Below, piece by piece: positions 53,278 through 64,000 of a stretch of DNA of 64,000 nucleotides. The position numbers and the translations under genes are program-made. This DNA is from Catajapyx aquilonaris (taxonomy: Eukaryota), in the NCBI GenBank assembly GCA_000934665.2, contig KZ538159.1:1-64000 (forward strand). Reading direction: 5' to 3'. Within the stretch, counting starts at the first letter, position 1. Each line of letters opens with the position of its first letter. Under the pieces are notes generated by a model. That model was not told the DNA's origin. It searched no databases and worked only from the letters and a program-made list of their open reading frames with translations.

Positions 53278-54849
53278 ATGATGGTGGCCGAAGCCTTGAC
53301 CAGGCACAGCGGTTCCCCGATCAATGGTGAGACGCCATCTTTGAGCCACGTCATGCCCAGCAGCAGCCCGTACTGTCCCCGAGACATGATGATGACATCC
53401 GGATCATCCCAGCACGGCGGACCTCATTCGCCGCAGTCGGACCACGAGAAGGAGATGATGATGGGAGAAGGAATGATGTACCACCGGTCCAGCAGTCCAG
53501 ACGGCGGGTACCCTGTGCCACCGTCGGGAGAGATGAGCAGCTCCAAGAGAAAGGACCTGTTCAACCAAAGGAAGCAGCGGGAGTTCATCCCGGACAACAA
53601 GAAGGACGAGAGCTATTGGGACCGTCGCAGGCGGAACAACGAGGCGGCCAAGAGGTCCAGAGAGAAGCGTCGTTTCAATGACATGATCCTGGAGCAGAGG
53701 GTGGTTGAGCTGACCAAAGAGAACCACATCCTGAAGGCTCAGCTGACGGTGATCAAGGAGAAGTACGGGATCAGCGGGGAGAACCTGATCAACCTGGACC
53801 ATGTGCTGGCCTCGCTGCCGACCACGGACCAGGTCCTGAGTCTGACCAAACGGACCAAGTTGCTCACATCCACGCTGCTCCAGATGAACGGCGTGCCTCC
53901 CAGCCCACCCCATATGCCTAGTCACCCGTCCATGCCCCGGTCCATCCCGTCGGTCAGCCCTGCCCCACAGTCCATCATGAGCCCGCCACAGGCCAGTCCT
54001 GGCATACCCAACGCCCCGACCCCGGTGCCCACCCCTGTCATCCACGAGCCTATCCCTCTGGACGGCAAGCACCACGATTACCACCACCACGTCCATCACC
54101 CACACCCGGGGTATCCCCCAGAGTGCTACGGCCCTTCGCCGTACCACCAGCCCCTGTACGTCAACGGGCACGTCCTTGTGGAAAGTCAGCTGTTGGCATA
54201 CGAGCACAACGTGCTGAACCTGAGCCGTGATCGCTCCGAATCTTTCGGCGAGTCCAGCAGCGGCGGTTCGCCTATTTCGGCAGCCCACGATGTATCCAGC
54301 GGCGACGAGCACCATCCCGAGCCGTCACATTCGCCCGCTGCACAGGCAGGTAGCAACCTGCCGCACAAACTGCGCCACAAGAGCCACCTGGGCGACAAAG
54401 ACGCAGCCACCGCCCTGTTGGCCCTCCAGAACATCAAACAAGAGCCGCATACCAGCCCAGCATGGCACGCCGACGGAGAGGACACGAGTGGTTCCGCCAA
54501 CGGCAGCAGCGACGAGCGCGACTCCGGTATTTCCATCGGGGAGTGCTGGCCCCAGGGCGAATCCGGATCACCCCCGCCCAGGAAGAAGTCTCGTCGCACC
54601 ACCAGGCCCGAGACCACCACCGTCACCGTCGAGGTGGTGGAGGAGGAGGATGAAGCGGCCGAAGCACCTGAAGGAGAGCAGCTGCAGTCCGAGAATTCTC
54701 ACCTGAAGTCTGAGCTGGCCAGGCTGGCCTCGGAGGTGGCCAACCTGAAAGACATTCTGATCTGCAGGAAGAAGCCGGCACAGTCCCAGCCCCAGACAGT
54801 CCGTGTCCCCACGGCCGCTGAGAAGAAGGAAGTGGTCAGCCAGCCGTGA
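53278..54849 (+). CDS. vri: Vrille / NFIL3 (E4BP4)-family bZIP transcriptional repressor, main coding exon (~523 aa from the first ATG; may be extended by upstream exons)
   Basis: MMVAE start; b[62 protein letters not shown] (~53569-53769); family motif LPHKLRHK (54358-54381); [11 protein letters not shown]3-rich codons. Splice acceptor ttgtcgttacag ends at 53260 and the frame is open from 53263. Confidence 0.95.
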   Translation: MMVAEALTRHSGSPINGETPSLSHVMPSSSPYCPRDMMMTSGSSQHGGPHSPQSDHEKEMMMGEGMMYHRSSSPDGGYPVPPSGEMSSSKRKDLFNQRKQREFIPDNKKDESYWDRRRRNNEAAKRSREKRRFNDMILEQRVVELTKENHILKAQLTVIKEKYGISGENLINLDHVLASLPTTDQVLSLTKRTKLLTSTLLQMNGVPPSPPHMPSHPSMPRSIPSVSPAPQSIMSPPQASPGIPNAPTPVPTPVIHEPIPLDGKHHDYHHHVHHPHPGYPPECYGPSPYHQPLYVNGHVLVESQLLAYEHNVLNLSRDRSESFGESSSGGSPISAAHDVSSGDEHHPEPSHSPAAQAGSNLPHKLRHKSHLGDKDAATALLALQNIKQEPHTSPAWHADGEDTSGSANGSSDERDSGISIGECWPQGESGSPPPRKKSRRTTRPETTTVTVEVVEEEDEAAEAPEGEQLQSENSHLKSELARLASEVANLKDILICRKKPAQSQPQTVRVPTAAEKKEVVSQP

Positions 54850-54944
54850 GGTCGCGCAATGTTGGGCAACTACAGGGTACACACTGCACACCAACCATTT
54901 ATTCACAACTAGGTAGATGTCTGTCAGATGGTGTAAAGCACAGG

Positions 54945-54950
54945 AATAAA
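54945..54950 (+). terminator. Candidate proximal vri poly(A) signal (others at ~56026, ~56145, ~57087)
   Basis: AATAAA ~100 nt after the stop codon; which signal is used cannot be told from sequence. Confidence 0.35.
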
Positions 54951-57869
54951 CGTAATCTAGTCTTATCTAAACAAAACAGTACATCCAATTTGCCATGGTT
55001 TAGGTGTGTGTACAGCCATGCACATAGGTACAAGTCCCCTGTAGTTGCACCACAGCCTCATATGGTGAGAAACCCCGCAAGACTGATCCAGCCGTTCGCA
55101 TCACATGAACATTTGAAAATCCCTTCACGGACAGTGTGATGTGCGACTATTTATTCTATGTTTTTTCGATGTACAAAGTGTTACAAAAAAGTATGATAAG
55201 GCGTATATATTTTTCACGTGGCGTGTCTGTACCGGTTAGGGCCCACAGTCATTGCTGCAACTTTCCATATTTTGGAAATATAAAATCTTGTGCGCAGCTG
55301 ATATGTAAATTACATAGGTTTTTCCCTCCTCTCCTTATGTTTTTGACGGTGAATTATTCTAATGCTGTACAGAGCTTCATATCATTCAATGAACACCCGG
55401 TACAAGCCTGAGGTTATACACATGCTGAAAGATTGTTTAAAAAAAATATGCATGAAGGGACGAGAACAGGGAAACAAAATTGGTACAAAGCATTGTTTGA
55501 AGTAGTTTGTTATTGTTCCAGTAAAAAAGGGTATTATTCAACAGGGTAATTGGGCGTTACCTCTCTCCCCCCTCCTATAGATTTGGCACAGCTTGTTGAC
55601 AAATTTTTTATACCAATCACTTTTCGTTCTAAAATGAACCTTGCAGCTCAGTCAAAACTATTATGATCTCAGTATTTTTTTAAATCACTTTTATTCTTCT
55701 CGCTTTTATTTTGTTGACCTTTTCATTAGTGGTCAGTCATATGGAAACGTGCGATTTTTGACCCCCTGCAAGTTTCATCAACGCCCACCTGCTCAACCCC
55801 CCCCCCCCCATCTCACCTTGGACATTTTTTCAAAGTCCATCTTTGCACTTTTCATTCACTCGTTTTTTATTATGGCCTTTTGACCTCCAAACACTATTGA
55901 CCCCCATGCATCTTCGAGTGGCAGATTCTGACCATTCACGTGCCAAGCACGATCAATGCTCAATACCCTGTCAACCCCCATCCACTTTTTTGTTTAATTT
56001 CATCTCTGTATATTCAATGTGCTTTAATAAACGCCATGGAATTTAAAAAAATTTGTTCATTGTTGCTTTTTTTTTACCAAAAAAAATACATTTCAGTGCA
56101 TATGTTACGCAGCAACATTGCATGTTACTTCGAAGATCTTGCGAAAATAAATGCCCTTGACCTTGATGGATACAGCCAACCATTGGGACAAACGATGCTA
56201 ACAACCTCGAACTTCTGGAAAAATCCTGTTCTGCTTTGCTGATTCTACAAGTAGTTGTAAAAAAAAAGTGGGCGGACCACCGGTTATGAATTTTGCAACA
56301 ATTGGAGTAGTGTACGGTAGGGCAGTGTCCACTATTACTTCCCATTCAAATTCGGCATTTGATGAGTTCAATTGAATATGTTGGCTCAAAATTTTCTGAG
56401 AACAGTACGTACGTGATTTGAGTCGTGTACAGTTGTGTGTACTCAGCAATTGTCACGTGCAGTGAGTCATACCGCTTCCAGTAATATTATGTAACAGAGT
56501 GCGCTTTATTGCAACTTTCCGGAACCAATTGAAGATGAGTCTGTAAGTAGTTACGTTACTATACACAGAACTGGGGTGTTTCATAGAAAAGTTAGGGTGT
56601 CTCATCGTGGCAATGACCCAACATGTTTATCCATTTTTTTATACACAGTTATTTGGTTTATCAGTTCAATGTCAAGGATGGGCCTAGAATATCACAACAA
56701 ACAACAGCAAATTTTTTTTATAGTCCAATTGTATGTTCCAATCGCGTTTACTTTGCTAGGTTTTTATCTCAGTACTTGTTGCATAATGTGACACTTTTGG
56801 CTACGTCCCAGATTGCCTACTCATTGCAGTACACGACACGACCTATCTTGACCTTTTCATTTTTTTCAGACCACTTGTCTAGGATAGTACAAGGTTAGGT
56901 CAGTGAGTAGGATTTTACTGAATGGCCCAATAGAACAAGGGCCGAAGTCTAGATAGTTAGGCCCATATTATCTGTGATGAACAACTGTATCATAAAAACG
57001 TGGAATTTTTCTGCATTTGTTATGATAAACCTTGTACTTGCATTAGCTTTGTTGCCAAATGTACAACAGGTGTTATTAATTTATTAAATAAATAAGTAAA
57101 TAAATAGTGATGCACCACCAAAAATGTCGAAATATGCGATGACGCAACTATCAGCCAATCACACGGCTCATTGTGGCAATATGGCCGCCACGCGCATCTG
57201 GCTCAATATGATTATTAGCAAATACTCAGAAAATCATGAAATGCCAGCTCGTCATCACAAAACACCTGATGTGTCATGACACCTATATATACACAACAAT
57301 GAATTTGATCCACCACACCTGTTGATCTCAGGCTGAAAATATGTCACACATGCATTGTATATCTATAGAACAAACAAGTCCTCTTATCCAGTATGTGCTT
57401 AGGATCGGTTTTATGCACTTTGTCATTGTAGTCAACAACTAACTCGGATTAGACCTAAAAGCCTTGAAGCCCTTCCCAGACAGATAAAACTTATTGCATG
57501 ATGACCTCGCAAAACTTTGCACCATTCTAAGGGGGTGTTGGAAATAATTCGCATTCAATCAGTGCGAAAAATTTTTACTTGATGAAGAGTCTGGAAGGCC
57601 AGCACAAAGTTGAGTTCAATCGAGGGCGAAAACCTTGCAAGTTGTTTGTTCCGACGGGTTCTTCCGGTGCATTAATTAAATTCCGAGATCTGACGAAGAG
57701 AAAGGATCTTCTTGCTAATTAGCGAAATTGCGCTCGTGACCTCCACAATGAGAATTATGGGCTTGACCTCTCACGCTTTTGCATAAATTCAAAACTTGTG
57801 GACCCAAAGTTTGGGGAATGTTTGAGGACATTTCTAGACATGACCTAAGTATAATTATGTTCTAATCAT

Positions 57870-58212
57870 TTAGAACTCGAGAAATTTTTTCAGAAAAGTT
57901 CTACAGTAATTTTTTTTTTCAATTAAGATAAATTCTATGAAATAATTTTCTAGAAAGGTTCTAAACACTTTTTTCCGTCATGTGGAATATTAGAAAATTC
58001 CATAGATAATATCTAAACATCGCATCGTTAAGAATTCTAAGAAAATTCTAGAAAAGTTCTAAATATTTTTTAACGTTTTTTACTATTCTAGAAAAATTTC
58101 CAGAAAATTTCTAAGCACTTTTTTCAATCATTTGTAATTTTAGATAATGCTATAGAAAAATTCTAAATGTTCAAATCGTGCAGAATTCTAGAACATTTCT
58201 AGAAAAGTTCTA
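57870..58212. repeat. AT-rich degenerate TTCTAGAAAA repeat
   Basis: Recurrent TTCTAGAA/TTCTAA; a similar tract lies at 62950-63340. Confidence 0.7.
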
Positions 58213-59699
58213 CACACTCTTTCCAATCATAATAATAATTGCGACATTGACCAGGTGAGACAAAGGGACTTTTATCTTAGTCTTATAGAATCGTTCACCC
58301 CTGTTATCTGCTGATTGCCATTTGACGGCATTGACGTTACGACACCGGTTACAAAGAGTTCTTAAGTAATAAACACACGATGTACAATCGTGCAAAAAAA
58401 AATTGTAGCATATAAAACGCTGACCTAGGCACTGTGTATGCAGGTCAGATGTTTATTCGGCAGTCATCCAACTAAGTTACATCAATAGTTGACCCAAATG
58501 TCTTTCAGGTCCGATTAATGAACTGCACAACCAGACCTTTGCCATTCATGATCGCCATTTTTCTTCATTATCCAATTAAATATAAGGTCGCAATTCTTAA
58601 GCAATTTTTCATCTCTTCATATATAACCCATATGCGTTTTTTTGTCACCTTATCTCACCATAAGTGCTGATAACAGGCCTTTACCCTTTTCTACGAAGCG
58701 ATTAGAAGCGTCGCTTGAAATAATTTTTCGCACTGATAATCAGCACCGCTTTATCCTTGTTGATAGGGCAAATATCAAGCAGTAATGTCATCTATGTGAA
58801 GTAGAAAAAAAATTGTATATCTGAGGGTCGGATGTTGCGCAATTGCTTGTTATCTAACGCATGTTGTTCTCTCATCAGAACTAACTTTGAAATATATTTA
58901 TTTGTTGTTGAAGTAAACACTTAGAGGCTGATTATTCCTGGATCTTGTTATGGCGTGACACATTACGTTAAGCTGGAAAACAGTAATTTTTTAGCTTAAA
59001 AATGTGGAGAAAGGGTGAGGGGTTCGTGTTGATCCGGTCTGTTTACAGCTAACCTAATACGCTATTAATCACAGTGATTGTCAATAAAAAAGTAGCCAGT
59101 AGCTCAAAATAGCACACGTCCAGCAAAATGTTTGTTTAAAAAAAATTTGCAAACTTTTTTTTTTTTGTCAAATATGGTACCTCCCTCCGTCACACTCTTT
59201 GCTTAAGAAGAACTTGAGCGTGTATAATAGGCCTAGCTTTATGTATGCCAATGGCACACAGGAGCTCACTTTCACACAGGTAGCTGGCAAAACGGGGTCT
59301 GCAACCTCAACCTTCAACTTGGAAGTCTGGCTGACCTCCAAAGGCAGTCAAGGAGGCAGAAAAGAAGTAGATGGTGGTGATGGGGGGTGGGGAGGGGGGA
59401 AATAAGTAAAAAAGAAGAAGAAGAGAGTAGGCCTCACTTTCCTTTTGTGCCGTGCACCAGTAAAAAGAAAAATGGCGGCGGATGGCTTCCTTTTCTACGG
59501 GGATTCCATCACGGACTTGCCTTGTTGCTAAACAAAATGCTCGCCTTTTTTTTCTGGCTTCACGCTTGGCCTCTTTTCTAGTAACCTCATTCACATAATA
59601 TGGACAAAAGAGATGTTAACCTATATGAACAGGGTGTTTGGATAGCAGGTAACCTAATAGACAGGTGTGGCGTTGTTACCACCTTTCCACGTGTACTAA

Positions 59700-60190
59700 T
59701 CACATTGTTGCAATTTTATTTATGATATTTATTCTGAACTTATATTTTATTATTGTAGTCGCTGTAGTTTTTATTTATTTGTAATTTGTATGTTGATTTT
59801 TTAACATTTCTCACTGAACAGTTATAATATTTACACTAATATACCTTCTACATTTTACCTTATATACCGTACCCATAATATTCATAAATTGCGCAATTAA
59901 TTTTTACGTTTTCATTTATAAATTTTATTTATTTGTAATTTGTATGTTGATTTTTAACATAACTCAACAGCTGATTTATTCCCATTTATAATATTTACAT
60001 TTAATATGCCTTTATTTTTATAAAATTGCGCAATTAAATTTTACATTGGATAATATTTTAATTATTTTGTACAGTATTAGTTAATTTTTATTTATCAATA
60101 TAATTAAATATCGGGTTTGATTGTATGCATTAATTTTTGTATTTTGATTTATTACACTTTATATTATTTTGATGAATTAATTTTTAATTC
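59700..60190. repeat. AT-rich low-complexity tract with ~155-bp duplication
   Basis: TTTGTAATTTGTATGTTGATTTTT and AAATTGCGCAATTAA each occur twice. Confidence 0.7.
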
Positions 60191-62182
60191 CAGGTACAGG
60201 ATGAGATGGGGAAATACTGAAGGTAGGTGTTACACATGAAAAATGATTTAACTGACACTGAGTTTTTGTATCAGAGTTGTGCGTCAGTGATGGGCATTGC
60301 ACTGCCTTTTTTTTATTGGAGATATACATCATGATGTTGACGCAACGTCAAAATCGTAACATTCTAGGAATGACGTAGACTCCTATTTATTCCTTGCACA
60401 ATAGAGGCAACATGCAGACTTATATTCCTTTAAAAGTGATCTTCACATGAAATGAGCTTCATCAGCCAGTCACGGCACGTCACATTTTGACAAAATATCA
60501 CTGTATGTCACACCAGCCCCAACCCATTATTGCACCCGTCAACTGACGTGTCTACCACATTGACACGACAATTACACAGCATAACGGCGTTACCAAACAT
60601 TTAGTCACGTTTGACACCGTCACAATCTCATGTTTTTGCGATCGAGCTATTTAAACAACAGTTTCGTAACGCCAGCGCTCATTAGCTCCGTATCACGAGG
60701 CCGTGACGTCACCGCTCATTATGATTAGTAAATAAAAGAAATGGCAGCTTGCGTGACAGGATATGAAGTTAGCGACCGAAGACAAGGTCGTTTGATTACA
60801 CAGAGGTCTCGAAGGACTCCTGCAGTGGTCACCATGTCAATTTCGAGGACCTTCCATCATCATCGGTGTCACTTTTTTTTTTTTCATTTCGGGAAGGTCA
60901 ATAAACAAGCGACATAAACGCACCCAAGCGGCCAACGTAATAGTTATGCCACATTAAATCAGCACAAATATGTCAAAAGTTGGGTCAGTACAGAAAAAAA
61001 AGTGCGTATCGCAATTTTATCTAGGGGGGGGGGGGGGGGNGGGGGCGGCCTTGCAAATCATTGTTATGAAAGGTCAGTTGGCATGGCTGGACTTTCATCT
61101 GGGCTTCTCGGGATTGGATAAACAGGCCCGCGGCCTTCCGATATACCATGCACCTGATGAACAAAAAAATAGTGCAATAACTGCACTAGCCCAACGATTA
61201 TATCGATGCGTATTGCTCCAGGATGTAATTTTTGCGCAAATTTGTACGGGCGCCATCTGTTGACAAATTAAGTAATAGGCGGTGTCCTGATTAATTAGTT
61301 ACGCATTATTTTTTGAACACGCATTGTTTTGATACGGACGTCATTTTCTACGTATGTTACCTGTAATTTATCTAATCTTCCAGGTACTGTGTAACAGTTG
61401 AAATTCCGCTTTTCCTGTCTCATACGACGAAGCCGGTGTTACATCACACGACTCATCATTGATGCATGCATATGACGTGGCTACAAGGTGACGCAAACCT
61501 ATATACCCTGGGACATTGTTAGATCCAAGATAATCCGGCCCCCCCTCTCTCTAATTGGTCCGAGTCATCACCGCGTACCAATTAAACTCAAAAAATAATT
61601 GGAATGACGTCATCTCTCATATTATGTAACACTGAGCTTCAAACAGTAAAAACCTGGTTTTAAGTAGTGAATATTGGCATAGCCGGTGTCGCAATGCACT
61701 AGAAGAAATGTTGCACAAGATGCGAGATGCGCAGATTGGCTAGAGTCATGACCCTGAGTGGGTGTGCTACTAGAGGGGGTGGCGGGGGACTTGTGGGGTG
61801 ATGTGCTAGGAGGAGGGGAATGGGGAGGCTTGGCAAGGGCGATGGAGTAAAGGACCTCGCCCAAGGCCAACGCGGATCGAAGTCAGCTCGCCTGGTTGGG
61901 GTAGGTTGCAGTTACAAGCTAAACCGACCGCCCGGGTTGTCCTAGACCATACGTATTATTTTTCACTGTGTTGTTTTCAAGAGACAAAAGGAAAGCCAAA
62001 AATGGCGGAAAAGCCTGTGGCTTCGGGAGTTATCGGGGTTGGGAATGAGAGCGGGGGTGGAATTAGGGATTGTTTGGAGTATATTTGGGGTGTGGACGAT
62101 GGAGCTTTAAGACTGTACCAATGGTGTGCCAGTAGGTGCCAAAATAATGTGAATCCAAGCATCTGCATGTAATACAGTAATG

Positions 62183-62411
62183 AATACAGTACTGAACTAG
62201 TCAAATCCAATACAGCAGGCCTACTGAACTAGTCAAATCCAATACAGTACTGAACTAGCCAAATCCAATACAGCAGGCCTAATGAACTAGTCAAATCCAA
62301 TGCAGTACTGAACTAGTCAAATCCAATACAGTACTGAGCTAGTCAAATCCAATACAGTACTGAACTAGTCAAATCCAATACAGTACTGAGCTAGTCAAAT
62401 CCAATACAGTA
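62183..62411. repeat. 26-bp minisatellite (AATACAGTACTGAACTAGTCAAATCC) with 32-bp variants
   Basis: About 8 units visible. Confidence 0.92.
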
Positions 62412-64000
62412 GCTTTAAAAAATCTAACATAATTCTTTCCGGCCACCTCCTAACGGACCGGGTGTAATTCAGATATATTTAGAACTGAAAGGTTACGCCT
62501 TGTAATGATGATACCACGCGTCCTCACACAAACAAGCAAAATAAAAAAAATGGCAGCCATTCTTCCCGCATCAAGAGTTATCGACAAAGTTGCCAATCGC
62601 GTGGGCTGAATTCAGGCGCACTTGTTCCACACTTGAAATGTGGAATAATGAGCTTCAAGGCTGTGGTGTGCACATGGGGTGTAACGACATCACAAGCCAC
62701 AAAGGTTGCTTGAATGACACAAGGCGAATAGGGTGGTTGGGGTGGGGGTGTTCGTGACTTCGTGTTGCTGGGCAAGAACCCCGACGAGTTACATAAAATG
62801 GGTTCGGTAGGGGTTACGTAAATGGGATTTCCATCAGCAATGAGTTTTTTCAGAAATGGTTGGGGTTACGTTACGGATTTGTTCACACTTTACATGCGAT
62901 TCGTCTTGATAGCTGCATTCCCTATTCTATAGATGATCAAAGATCATTCATAGCTCTAGAATATTCTGTTGCATGTTTTTAATTCTGGAATATTCTATTG
63001 GATGTTATTAATTCTAGAATATTACATAATTTTTGTGTAATGTTCTAGCGGCTGTTAAGGAATATTTATTAGTTCGAAAATATTTTTCACTACTAGAGTA
63101 TCTTTTCTACAATATTGTAAGCTATTAATCATAGAATATTTCTCATAATTTTTCAAGAATATTTCTTCTTGTAAATTAGCTATTCTGTGTTAGAATCTAG
63201 ATTATCAATTCTGGAATATTTACCAAATCATATTCTAGCTTAAATAGTTGATAATATTATAGATCGCATTCCACATATGAATGATAGAATATCGTAGATT
63301 ATTTAATTCTGGCATAATTTCTGTAGTAACAACCTAGATTATTTGTACCTTTTTTTGTCACCTGTTGCACTTAGAGTAAGTGCTGAATAGTGATATGGCA
63401 ATGATCTGGTATCTGGAACAAGTGGGCTTTTTCAGCGAAGGAACATTGCCTCGTGTGAGTCAGTACGTGCCTTTTGTACTGGCGCCATATGTTAGTTATG
63501 GAAACATACGTTATTTTTCTGATCTATTCAGTGCGATCTATTTTCCTCACGTTGCTCGCACCTGTCAGCCACATTTTATTGGGAAAAAGGGTCACCTCTG
63601 CCTATAGGGTGAACATACAAAAAAATGTGTCGGTCAACATCCTGTGAGTTTGGCAAGTAGTGTATAACTACACATCATCGCCTTACCTTTCTCCTTTCTA
63701 ATTTTGGTCCTGTGACGTTGGGTTTGACGCGTTTCTCTGAAAAACCGCATCCAACGAAGGGCAAACCAAGGGGCCAGTACATAACTACCTTTTTTCCCCC
63801 CGAAAAAAACATTGAACATATGCCATAAATGGATGGTGTCAACATTAAGTTACACAAAAATTCTCACTGACACTTGATGCGTTATGAAACAGACAGGAGG
63901 TGACTTATACAAGGAAAGCGTCATTCCAGGGGTCATTTGTCATTATGCAACCGTAAATGATGGGGGGTCGGAAAGACCCCTGATGTAAAGGTTGCAAAAT

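Noticed and set aside
53404..54315. 303-aa antisense ORF over vri (and other overlapping ORFs up to 54906)
   Set aside because: Shadow of the GC3-rich vri reading frame; no recognisable protein features
62183..62411. CRISPR-like appearance of this and other tandem arrays (16784, 46660)
   Set aside because: No unique spacers, no cas genes, eukaryotic context

Overview
Eukaryotic DNA, most likely arthropod, with two recognisable genes. The first is a compact 6-exon 26S proteasome lid subunit, Rpn7/PSMD6, on the minus strand (1652-3200; five 56-91 nt GT-AG introns; 393 aa after splicing). The second is the single large coding exon of the bZIP clock/developmental repressor vrille (NFIL3/E4BP4 family) on the plus strand (acceptor at 53260, ATG at 53278, stop ending 54849). 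The ~50 kb between them has no convincing coding sequence and looks like a large vrille regulatory landscape. It carries many D-box (TTAYGTAA), CRE, E-box and nuclear-receptor half-sites, CTCF-like motifs, several candidate alternative first exons, a tRNA-derived SINE, MITE-like fold-backs, a truncated (GAT)n-tailed retroposon and many minisatellites. The most interesting inferences are: (1) a phase-compatible first exon at ~989/1262-1292 that would place Rpn7 antisense inside a ~52 kb vrille intron; (2) a second, acid-flanked leucine zipper at the VRI C-terminus; (3) a template-switch event that created a perfect 39-bp hairpin in one of two copies of a dispersed repeat. No prokaryotic-type system (CRISPR, operon) or intact transposase was found. 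All motif counts are by eye and should be recomputed.
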